Assembly (NCBI GenBank): GCA_016188915.1
Contig: JACPGU010000002.1
Span: 85,287 to 149,286 of the forward strand
DNA: 64,000 bases
From: Candidatus Microgenomates bacterium
GTDB taxonomy: Bacteria; Patescibacteriota; JACPGU01
Direction of reading: 5' to 3'
Shown: positions 29,121 to 37,429 of the stretch, one piece after another
How the letters are laid out: every line of letters starts with the position of its first letter
How positions within the stretch are numbered: the stretch's first letter is position 1
Made by a program: the position numbers and the translations under genes
Notes under the pieces: generated by a model
Databases searched by the model: none
What the model saw: the letters and a program-made list of their open reading frames with translations, nothing else
What the model was told of the DNA's origin: nothing

Positions 29121-30569
29121 ATGTCAAATATAGACTCGCCTCAATATCTATCAAGCAAGGACATCGGAGTTTTGAAAAAAACCCTTGTCTCGTTTGCAAT
29201 CGACACATCAAAAGACAAACGAATCGGGCAACCCTATTTCCAGAACAATGAGCAATGGGAATTTTTCTATTTATACTTTAAAAAACACGCAGAGGAAGAT
29301 ATAAAGAAAATCTGTAGCAATATCATAAGCAATCATAAAGAGATTAAAAAGACGATATTTTTTGATGCAATCTACGATATATTCCAAAGAAATGTTTTTT
29401 ATGCTATTTTTCGAGGCGAATTCACCGCTGTGGCGTTAAAAACCGAGAAATTTGATGATGGCAGTATGGCTATTGACCTCGCTCCTCGTAAAGTGGGTTT
29501 AGATACATTCATTAAATATTCTGATGACTTAGCTATTCCGATTGTCGAGCACATAAACCAGCAGATAGCCAATAAAATATCTTTTTACAAGAATCATAGA
29601 GTGATAACGTGGGTGCCAGTTACCAACTTACGCATAGACAAAGATGTATGTTTTGAATTTGCCAATGTTAGTTTTATCTCTAAAGAGTGTCCCGCTCTTA
29701 CGGAAAATTTTGTAAAGTGGGTTAAAATGGATAAGTTTCGAGATGGCGAGAGGACAATGCTTAGAGATTCTGGAAATTTTGCTATTATAAAGTTCGAGGG
29801 CTGTTCAGCACCAAAAGCAATCTTTGATTTAAGTAGGCCATATTTCAATAAAGTGTTTGGTGTCCTCCGTCTATTGCTAGATTGGGCAGAGGTAGAAGGA
29901 GAACTTATAGGGACAAAGCAGTCATTGGAGACAGAATATACCGTGATTTATTCTGAGAGTAGTCACGATAACTCCACGATGACAGCAGTGATGCCAGAAA
30001 TAAATAGCGATTTCTTTATTGCAAGAAATGAATATTGGATACGTTGTCCGATAATTAGCAGTAAGAGCATTGAGCAAATATCGAACTCTCCTAACCTCAA
30101 AGCCACAAATGCGTTATTGGAAAGGGCATATAACAGTAAGAGTACCTCATTGGATAGCAAGATTTTTGACTCATTATTTTGGTATTCAGAAAGCTTAAAA
30201 CATTTTACTACTCCCCATAAACTTGTTGGATTTGTAACTGCCCTAGAGACTATTCTTACAAGCAATAAGCTAACAGAGGGTTTTTATGACAAATCAATAT
30301 CGGAAATGTTCTCAGAACGAGGAGCTATAGTGTTGTGCGATAGCTATGAAGATAGATTGGAAATGAAACGAAAACTAAAAGGGATATATCGCATAAGAAG
30401 TATATTGGTTCACGGTTCTGGAACGGGTAGCATATCAGATTCCGAAATCACCGATGCTCATCATCTAGCCACAGGCATTTTGTTGGGAGTCATTGACTTA
30501 GCGAACAAAGAGAATATTTCTTCAGTAGAAGAACTGAACGATTATTTTCAAAAAGTATTACTGTCCTAG
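29121..30569 (+). CDS. ApeA-like HEPN domain protein, putative defence RNase
   Basis: C-terminal ALETIL...IYRIRSILVHG (RxxxxH). Confidence 0.8.
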   Translation: MSNIDSPQYLSSKDIGVLKKTLVSFAIDTSKDKRIGQPYFQNNEQWEFFYLYFKKHAEEDIKKICSNIISNHKEIKKTIFFDAIYDIFQRNVFYAIFRGEFTAVALKTEKFDDGSMAIDLAPRKVGLDTFIKYSDDLAIPIVEHINQQIANKISFYKNHRVITWVPVTNLRIDKDVCFEFANVSFISKECPALTENFVKWVKMDKFRDGERTMLRDSGNFAIIKFEGCSAPKAIFDLSRPYFNKVFGVLRLLLDWAEVEGELIGTKQSLETEYTVIYSESSHDNSTMTAVMPEINSDFFIARNEYWIRCPIISSKSIEQISNSPNLKATNALLERAYNSKSTSLDSKIFDSLFWYSESLKHFTTPHKLVGFVTALETILTSNKLTEGFYDKSISEMFSERGAIVLCDSYEDRLEMKRKLKGIYRIRSILVHGSGTGSISDSEITDAHHLATGILLGVIDLANKENISSVEELNDYFQKVLLS

Positions 30570-30595
30570 GTTTAATACTATAAGCAACCACTATA

Positions 30596-31129
30596 TTAAC
30601 AGCTTCTCCTTATTCCCAGCTTTATTTCAAAATCTATAAGTGTCTTGGTGGCTTCTAAAGCAAATTTCAATGCTTTGTGCCTTGCTCTAAGAGGCATCTT
30701 GGTTGTTTCTTCGTAGTCTCTCCCTAATTCTTGGTACCTTTTCATAGCTTCTTGGCAAATCGCAATGAGTGATTTCAGGGAATCAAATTCCTGTTTTTCA
30801 TAAACAATTTTTATCTTTCTAAAAAAATATGGATTTCCACTAATAATTACTGCTGAATCTTGTGTTAAGAGATTATTTCTATAATTATTTATAACAGTGT
30901 GGGACGGGATACTTATATTGGGATAATTTATACGGTTGCTTCTAACCAAATACTCTAACTCTGACTTAACTTTTCTTGAAGAATAACCACCGATTACCAT
31001 TTGCCTTAATTCATCCTCTAGCTCCGTTGGGAGAGTAGCTATCTTATTTTTATACCCATAGTCCTTTAGCAGGAGCATTTCTGCTAAGTTATCGGTATTT
31101 CTTTTGATTTGTTCTTCGGTCATTTTCAT
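30596..31129 (-). CDS. Hypothetical protein resembling Mu gp27/DUF3486 (small terminase-like)
   Basis: KIATLPTELEDEL...GYSSRKV...SHTVINNY N-terminal pattern; by-eye similarity only. Confidence 0.4.
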   Translation of the reverse strand: MKMTEEQIKRNTDNLAEMLLLKDYGYKNKIATLPTELEDELRQMVIGGYSSRKVKSELEYLVRSNRINYPNISIPSHTVINNYRNNLLTQDSAVIISGNPYFFRKIKIVYEKQEFDSLKSLIAICQEAMKRYQELGRDYEETTKMPLRARHKALKFALEATKTLIDFEIKLGIRRSC

Positions 31130-31213
31130 ATTTTCTCCTGCATTTCCCGAACAGTTGTAAAGGGATAATTGTATTACCTCATATTTTTTGGTATTATTTA
31201 TGAAGTTTGTATA

Positions 31214-31285
31214 TTAAATGACTGGGATTAGTATTGGCTCTAGCTCCATCAAAGAAATTCGAATGTCGTCCCAGAAGTCCCGTTT
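31214..31285 (-). other. Stored alternative LSR C-terminus at the right att site
   Basis: AAA CGG GAC TTC TGG GAC GAC ATT CGA...TAA = KR-DFWDDIRISLMELEPILIPVI*. Confidence 0.7.
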
Positions 31286-31445
31286 TTTGAAAAAAATGCC
31301 GAAAGAAAAGCGCGGGGCGTGATGCCCCGCGATAAAATGTATGCTTCAAGCGATCTGCGAGGGGCGCAGATTGCCCAAAACATTACGCGTAATGTCTTAG
31401 TTTTAGTTTCCACTTCACACTATCCCCATAGTGCTTTTTCACCTC

Positions 31446-31673
31446 TTAATGCTGGCCAGCCACGAAGTTGTGATAATTCTCGAGATCTGACCTTGTCGAA
31501 ATCGTGAAGGACCTGGTGTTGCCGTCACAATCAGAGGCCGTCAGGGTGTCTCCTTTGTGAACCACTTTTCCCCCCAAACAACCAATGATTTCCCTCTCTT
31601 TTGTAGCTTCCCATAAAATCGGGAGTTCTTCTTTCCGCCCTTCTCTTACTGTTCCTTGATCTTGAGTTCGCAT
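31446..31673 (-). CDS. Hypothetical 75-aa protein
   Basis: ATG with AGAAAGG upstream; preceded by a long structured leader. Confidence 0.5.
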   Translation of the reverse strand: MRTQDQGTVREGRKEELPILWEATKEREIIGCLGGKVVHKGDTLTASDCDGNTRSFTISTRSDLENYHNFVAGQH

Positions 31674-31975
31674 GCTCTGAGCCTTTCTGGTTCGTCTGCC
31701 GTAGACAGACTATGGTTTTTTCCTTCCTACTGAAAGGAAAGCTCTACTCTCCCTTCAGGGATTAGCCCCGAGTTATTCCCGGTTTGTTTTGGGACTAATC
31801 CAGTGCCGATAGATCACCTCCTTGCGTTCTCCTTGAGATTTTACACCAGAGCCCAGAAAGTAGGCTTTTATTTTTAAGGTCGGAAAGGTGTTCGCAACAA
31901 CATGGAGAGAAAACTGTCAGAGCATGCGAAGGCGAGCCAGTTTTCTCATCCATGTGTCGCGAACCTGCCGGAATA
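31667..31975 (-). promoter_or_regulatory. Structured 5' leader whose hairpin loop is complementary to the downstream start codon
   Basis: 31917-31930 is the exact reverse complement of 31667-31680; promoter-like TTGACT-17-TAACAT at 31984-32012. Confidence 0.55.
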
Positions 31976-32015
31976 ATAATCTTATGTTAGCAAAATAAGA
32001 GAAGAAAGTCAAGCC

Positions 32016-33464
32016 CTAGGGTAGATGCACGGCCTTGGCGGCGTAGGACCTGTGATCGTTGGCAACAATCACCACCAAATCTTCTTTTTTGGCCAATTTT
32101 TTGGTTTTGACGAAATGGGCGATTTCCGCCATCAACTTTTTCTCATTTTCCAGAAAAATCCCGTAGCCGGCCACTACCCCCCAAGAAAGAGCCAGTTGAT
32201 TGATGACTTTTTTGTCATGGGAGAGCGCCACCACGAAACATTGCGGCCTGGACTGCGATATCATCCGCGCCGAAAATCCTGTTTCGGTAAAGCAAACGAT
32301 GCATTTAGCCTTCACATTTTTGGCCAAGGCTTTCGCCGAAGGACCGATGATTTTTGGCGAGATGACGCGATGCGACTGGTTTTTCAAGGGTACCAGATTG
32401 GTTAGTGAAAAATTCTCAAAATTGAGCCTGCCAGTGCGGAAAAGTCCCTTCTCTGTCTCGCGAATGATAGAGGCCATCATTTTCACCGCCTTGATCGGAT
32501 AGGGCCCCATAGCTGTTTCTTCCGACAGCATCACCGCGTCCGTGCCATCCAGCACCGCGTTGGCCACATCGGAAACTTCGGCTCTGGTTGGCCTGGGACT
32601 GGTCATCATTGACTCCATCATTTGAGTCGCCGTAATGACCGGCTTGCCACTTGATACCGCGGCCGCAATGATTTCTTTTTGCGCCAAAGGCACTCTCTCC
32701 GGTGGCAATTCAATCCCTAGATCGCCACGAGCCACCATCACGCCATCGGCTTCCCGCAAGATGCTTTTGATACTGCTGTATGCGTGCGGTTTTTCTATTT
32801 TGGCGATGATTTTGACTCGCGAATCTTTGCGAATTTTGCGAATTTCTTTGCGAAGAATACGAATGTCTTCCGCCGACTGAACAAAAGAAAGCCCAATGAA
32901 ATCCACGTCGTGTTCCACTCCCCAGCGCAAATCGGCCAAATCTTTTTTCGTTAACGCGCCTATGGATAGATGAGCGTTGGGAATATTGATGCCCTTACGA
33001 GACAAAACCAATCCCCCGCGAACCACTTGCGCCTCGGCCATTCCTTTTGCTTTGCCGATCACTTTGAGCTCCACCATGCCGTCCATCATAAGGATTTTGG
33101 TGCCAATTTTTACCTCTTCGGCCAATTGTTTGTAATCAATGGGAAGAAAACCTTTTTTGAATTTGCCGAAACCTACCGAGATTTTCTCGCCTTCGGTCAA
33201 AACAACGCCTTTTTTCGGCAGATCGGCTCCCAAGCGAATCCGCGGCCCTTGAAGATCTTGCAAGATGGCCAGCGACTGATGGTCTTCGTTAGCAATACGC
33301 CTCAATTGATAAAGCCATTGCTCGAACTCTTCATATTTACCGTGCGAAAAATTAAACCGCGCCACATCAAGCCCGGCCTCAATCAAGGCTCTCTGCGTTT
33401 TTTCATCTTTCGTCGCCGGCCCGATGGTGGCGACAATCTTTGTGCGATTTTGGGAAATGTTCAT
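32016..33464 (-). CDS. pyk: Pyruvate kinase
   Basis: TKIVATIGPA, RFNFSHG, IIAKIE, MVARGDLG, PTRAEVSDVANAVLDG; start overlaps recX stop as ATGA. Confidence 0.97.
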   Translation of the reverse strand: MNISQNRTKIVATIGPATKDEKTQRALIEAGLDVARFNFSHGKYEEFEQWLYQLRRIANEDHQSLAILQDLQGPRIRLGADLPKKGVVLTEGEKISVGFGKFKKGFLPIDYKQLAEEVKIGTKILMMDGMVELKVIGKAKGMAEAQVVRGGLVLSRKGINIPNAHLSIGALTKKDLADLRWGVEHDVDFIGLSFVQSAEDIRILRKEIRKIRKDSRVKIIAKIEKPHAYSSIKSILREADGVMVARGDLGIELPPERVPLAQKEIIAAAVSSGKPVITATQMMESMMTSPRPTRAEVSDVANAVLDGTDAVMLSEETAMGPYPIKAVKMMASIIRETEKGLFRTGRLNFENFSLTNLVPLKNQSHRVISPKIIGPSAKALAKNVKAKCIVCFTETGFSARMISQSRPQCFVVALSHDKKVINQLALSWGVVAGYGIFLENEKKLMAEIAHFVKTKKLAKKEDLVVIVANDHRSYAAKAVHLP

Positions 33465-34078
33465 TTTGTTTTTATTAGTTTCTCTATTGTGTTCCAAGAA
33501 AACCCTCTCCCGGCCAAATAGCGCGTCATTTTCTCCCGTTGTTTACGATCCGCCATATCAGTCCAGACACGAGATTTTTTTTCAAAGGCCTGGTGGGCGA
33601 GAGACTCTTCTGTTTCGGTATCAATATTTTCCGCTAAAACCTGTTTTAAAATCTCATCAGCAATGCCTTTCTGTCGCAACTCCATCTGTAACGCTCTTTT
33701 GCCCTTTGGGTTAAATTTCGCCCGCTCTCTAATCCACATCTCGGCAAAACGCTGATCGTCAATCAAATTTAAATCTTTGGCTTTCTCCAAAGTCTGTGCA
33801 ATAACATTATCACTAAATTCCTTGCTTTTCAATTTGTTGATAACCTCTTTTTCTGACCTTTCCCTGCTTTTCAGGAAAAAAAGAAGCGCGTTCCACGCCT
33901 TGGCGCTTGTCTCCTCATTTTCCATCTTGGCCAAAAAATCTTCATCTACTTCCTGCCCAATTTTGAGTCCCAGTCGCGCCACCGCTCCTTCGTCCATCCC
34001 ACAATAAAACTCCCCGTCCAAGAACAGATTCCAGCGATCTTTACGCTTTTTTTGAGGAGAAAGATTGGTGATTTTCAT
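33461..34078 (-). CDS. recX: Regulatory protein RecX
   Basis: RERSEKEV, LIDDQRFA, ELRQKGI, YLAGRGF repeats. Confidence 0.9.
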   Translation of the reverse strand: MKITNLSPQKKRKDRWNLFLDGEFYCGMDEGAVARLGLKIGQEVDEDFLAKMENEETSAKAWNALLFFLKSRERSEKEVINKLKSKEFSDNVIAQTLEKAKDLNLIDDQRFAEMWIRERAKFNPKGKRALQMELRQKGIADEILKQVLAENIDTETEESLAHQAFEKKSRVWTDMADRKQREKMTRYLAGRGFSWNTIEKLIKTK

Positions 34079-34107
34079 GTAGTGGCAGTAAATAATTAAG
34101 TATATAT

Positions 34108-35349
34108 TTACAGGTTATTGCTAGAAGCGGCTTCAAAGTTCATTTTGCTTAATTGTTTCGTTGTTTTCTTGGTTAATTGGAACGCCGCGCAAGTCGCGAT
34201 CATGACGGCGTTGTCACCACAATAAATAGTATCAGGTATTAAGTATTGAGTGTTAGGTATGAGCTGCCGAATTTCCAGTCTCATTTTTTCTCGCAATCTT
34301 TTATTCGCCGCCACACCACCAGCGATGCTGATAGTTTTTGCCTTATATTTCTGCGCGGCCTTGATGGTCTTGGCGACCAAAACATCGGTGGCGGCTTCTT
34401 CGAATTCATAAGCGAACATTCTTTTTCTCGCTTCAGTGGAGGTCTCACCTCCAGCAAAGCCGGAGGAAAGACCTCCGCTTTCGCGTTGCCATGCATACAA
34501 AACTGCGGTTTTCAGACCAGAAAAAGAAAAATTGAAATCGTTGCTATCGAGCATTGGACGAGGGAGAACAATCGGAGATTTATGATTTAAGATTTCAGAT
34601 TTTGGATTTTCAATCTGCAATCCTGCCTCGCCGGCAGGCAGGCTACAATCTGCAATCTGCAATTTTTCACGATATTTTTCGGCTTCTGCCGAAACGACCG
34701 GTCCGCCCGGGTACGGCAACCCCAAGATTTTGGCGACTTTATCAAACGCTTCTCCCGCTGCGTCATCCAAAGTTTCTCCGAGTGTTTGATATTGGCCGTG
34801 ATCTTTCATTAAAATAAGCGAGGTATGACCACCAGAGACCAGCAATATAATTGCTGGAAATTCAAAATTATTAGCGTTTAGCGTAGAGCGCTTAGCGTCT
34901 AGTTTAAGATTTTGGATTTTGGATTTATTTGAGATTTGAGTTTTGAGATTTGAGATTTCGCAAACGAAGTTTGCGTAAATGTGTCCCTCCAGATGATTCA
35001 CCGGTATTAAGGGCTTCCCCCACGCCAGCGCCAATGATTTGGCGGTATTAACGCCTACCAAAAGCGAGCCGATCAGTCCCGGATAGGCCGTCACGGCGAT
35101 TGCGTCTATCTGCGAAGGTGTCACCTTCGCATCTTTGAGAGCTCGTTCCGCCACCGAGATTATTTTTTCTACATGGGCGCGGGATGCTACCTCCGGTACC
35201 ACTCCGCCAGTCAAAGCGTGTATATCTATTTGAGAGGAGACAACATTGGAGAGGATAATCGCAGATTGTGGATTTTTAATTTCAGATTGTAGCTCAACTA
35301 CTGCCGCCGCTGTTTCATCGCATGATGTTTCAATACCTAATATTTTCAT
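34108..35349 (-). CDS. tsaD: tRNA t6A synthase TsaD carrying several in-frame insertions
   Basis: ILGIETSCDETA, HLEGH, VSGGHT, TLDDAAGEAFDK, FSFSGLKT, GGVAAN, DNAVMIA. Confidence 0.97.
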   Translation of the reverse strand: MKILGIETSCDETAAAVVELQSEIKNPQSAIILSNVVSSQIDIHALTGGVVPEVASRAHVEKIISVAERALKDAKVTPSQIDAIAVTAYPGLIGSLLVGVNTAKSLALAWGKPLIPVNHLEGHIYANFVCEISNLKTQISNKSKIQNLKLDAKRSTLNANNFEFPAIILLVSGGHTSLILMKDHGQYQTLGETLDDAAGEAFDKVAKILGLPYPGGPVVSAEAEKYREKLQIADCSLPAGEAGLQIENPKSEILNHKSPIVLPRPMLDSNDFNFSFSGLKTAVLYAWQRESGGLSSGFAGGETSTEARKRMFAYEFEEAATDVLVAKTIKAAQKYKAKTISIAGGVAANKRLREKMRLEIRQLIPNTQYLIPDTIYCGDNAVMIATCAAFQLTKKTTKQLSKMNFEAASSNNL

Positions 35350-35436
35350 ATTATTGTGTAGCGTATTATAATAGACACAGTATATTATATCAGATTATTG
35401 GTTTTCTTGCTTTAATAAGCTATAATACTATTGACT

Positions 35437-36333
35437 ATGTCAACCGACAACCTGTTGCAATCAAAACGATGGGCGGAATTTCAAAAAGCTCTGGGAAGAG
35501 AGGTTTTTTGGATTGAAGATGCTTTATTGATAAAAAATAATCTCCCAAAAAACAAATGTTATCTTTTTTGCCCCTGGGGTCCAGAAAAATTAAATCAAGA
35601 TTTTTTGTTTAAGGCAAAGCTTTTGGCCAAAAAAGAGAAAGCTATTTTTATTCGCGTGGAGCCACGGGCAGGATTTAAGACAAAGGGTTTAGGATATAGA
35701 ATAAAAAAAACAAAAGACATCCATCCAAAGAATACTTTGGTCCTAGACCTTACCCAGGGCGAAGAAGAGTTGCTCAAAAATTTAAAGCAAAAAACTAGGT
35801 ACAATATCAATCTGGCAGCTAAAAAGGGCGTAAAAATAGAGACAACAACTAACCCCGAGCATATAAAAGTTTTCTATAAAATTATTGAGCAAACCAACAA
35901 AAGAGATCATGTTCGCTCTCATTCTAAAGATTACTACAAAAAAATGCTGGAGTCTCTGGGTGATGATGGCATCCTAAGGCTTTATTTGGCTCGCTACAAC
36001 AATCAATACATTGCCGGTAATCTCATCGCTTTTTATGGCAATACTGCAACTTACCTCCACGGAGCTTCTTCTGATTCAGAAAGAAATGTCATGGCGCCCT
36101 ACCTTTTGCAATGGCAAGCGATTAAAGATGCCAAGGAATACGGATGTCAGTATTATGATTTTTTCGGTATCGCTCCTAATGATTCCGTCCGTCATCCCTG
36201 GGCAGGAATTACCAGATTCAAAAAAGGCTTTGGTGGAACGCAAATAAATTTTCCGGGAACATACGATGTGGTGATTTCTGGAGGATGGTATATGATGTAT
36301 AAAATCTTTAGAACTTTGAATAGGCTAAGATAA
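35437..36333 (+). CDS. FemAB/FemX family peptidoglycan peptidyltransferase
   Basis: LQS..WAEF, KTRYNINLA.KKGV, YLHGAS, YDFFG, FKKGFGG. Confidence 0.9.
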   Translation: MSTDNLLQSKRWAEFQKALGREVFWIEDALLIKNNLPKNKCYLFCPWGPEKLNQDFLFKAKLLAKKEKAIFIRVEPRAGFKTKGLGYRIKKTKDIHPKNTLVLDLTQGEEELLKNLKQKTRYNINLAAKKGVKIETTTNPEHIKVFYKIIEQTNKRDHVRSHSKDYYKKMLESLGDDGILRLYLARYNNQYIAGNLIAFYGNTATYLHGASSDSERNVMAPYLLQWQAIKDAKEYGCQYYDFFGIAPNDSVRHPWAGITRFKKGFGGTQINFPGTYDVVISGGWYMMYKIFRTLNRLR

Positions 36334-36339
36334 CAGAAA

Positions 36340-36465
36340 AATTATAAGCTCTAAATCCTAAATTATAAAGAAATTACAAGGCCCGAATCAAAAAGCTTAA
36401 AATGATTTGGAGTTTATGATTTGGAGCTTTTTTTTAGAATTTAGATTTTAGAATTTAGAGTTTAA
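36340..36465. repeat. Degenerate 7-nt tandem repeats in inverted arrangement
   Basis: ctaaatc/ctaaatt-type units on the left, tttagaa/tttagat/tttagag units on the right. Confidence 0.55.
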
Positions 36466-36475
36466 GCCCCCTCTG

Positions 36476-37420
36476 ATGCTTTATCTTTTTCACGGAGAAG
36501 ATGATTTTCTCTCTTCGCAGCAATTGCAAAGGCAAAAAAATAATTTCGTCACCAAACACGGAGATATCAATCTTTCGGTCTATGACGAAGATAATTTTGT
36601 TTTTGAAAATCTAGCCAATGATCTTTTATCTTCTCCTTTTTTGGGTGAAAAAAGATTGGTGGTAGCAGAAAATCTTTTGGGCGTTTGGAAAAAAGAAGAC
36701 AAAGAAAAATTTGAAAAAATTATACCAAAAATAGCCGATACCACTATCGTTATCTTTCACGAAATAAAAAAAACAGACAGCCGCAATATGCTACTAAAAT
36801 ATTTTTCAAAAGACAACATCAAAGAATTTGTTCCGATGGACCAACCCCGATTAAGAAACTGGATAGATGCTCAAATGAGAGAATCTGGCTATCAAATAGA
36901 GTCAAAGACAAGCTTTGTTTTGGCCAATCGCGCCGGAGGCAACACCCGCCAAATTTACCATGAAATACAAAAATTATTAGCCTACAAATTTGAAGAAAAA
37001 AAAATTACCGCTCAAGATGTGGGAATGATAGTCTCCGAGCAGATGAATACTAATATTTTTGATTTTTCTAATGCTTTAGCCCAAAAAAATCTCACCCTAT
37101 CAGAGAAAGTTTTGAAAAATATTAGCGATACAGGAGAAAGTACTTTTGGCATTATGTCGCTTATCTCCAAACAATTTCGAAATCTTTTAGGCCTCAAAAT
37201 AGCCCGAGAAGAAAAAATAGACCAAAACACTATTGCTGAAAAATTAGCTATTCATCCTTACGCCTTGAAAAAATCAGCCGAACAGCTCCACAATTTCAGT
37301 ATAGAGAAATTACTTCAGATATATCATGCTATCGCCGCCACCGATCTGGCTATCAAGACCGGCGAAATGGAAGAAAGTCTAGCATTGGATCTTTTGGTGG
37401 TGAAAATTTGCCAACACTAA
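36476..37420 (+). CDS. holA: DNA polymerase III delta subunit
   Basis: YLFHGED.F, PFLGEKRLVV, EIQKL, NIFDF, HPY, DLAIKTG. Confidence 0.92.
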   Translation: MLYLFHGEDDFLSSQQLQRQKNNFVTKHGDINLSVYDEDNFVFENLANDLLSSPFLGEKRLVVAENLLGVWKKEDKEKFEKIIPKIADTTIVIFHEIKKTDSRNMLLKYFSKDNIKEFVPMDQPRLRNWIDAQMRESGYQIESKTSFVLANRAGGNTRQIYHEIQKLLAYKFEEKKITAQDVGMIVSEQMNTNIFDFSNALAQKNLTLSEKVLKNISDTGESTFGIMSLISKQFRNLLGLKIAREEKIDQNTIAEKLAIHPYALKKSAEQLHNFSIEKLLQIYHAIAATDLAIKTGEMEESLALDLLVVKICQH

Positions 37421-37429
37421 GAACTTTTC

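Larger units (their letters stand above)
20723..31285. mobile_element. LSR-integrated genomic island (~10.6 kb) at tRNA-Ser 3' end
   Basis: CCGTTT at 20723-20728 and 31280-31285; joining these restores an in-frame LSR tail; integrase at one end and accessory cargo throughout. Confidence 0.8.

Noticed and set aside
20630-31285. Complete prophage
   Set aside because: No capsid, portal, tail, large terminase or lysis genes in the interval.
31812-31823. GATCACCTCCTT as a 16S rRNA 3'-end fragment
   Set aside because: The flanks show no rRNA similarity; better read as an SD-like sequence on the minus strand.
31290-31980. RNase P RNA, tmRNA or SRP RNA
   Set aside because: No GAGGAAAGUCC-type P4 motif, tRNA-like ends or SRP loop motif was found.
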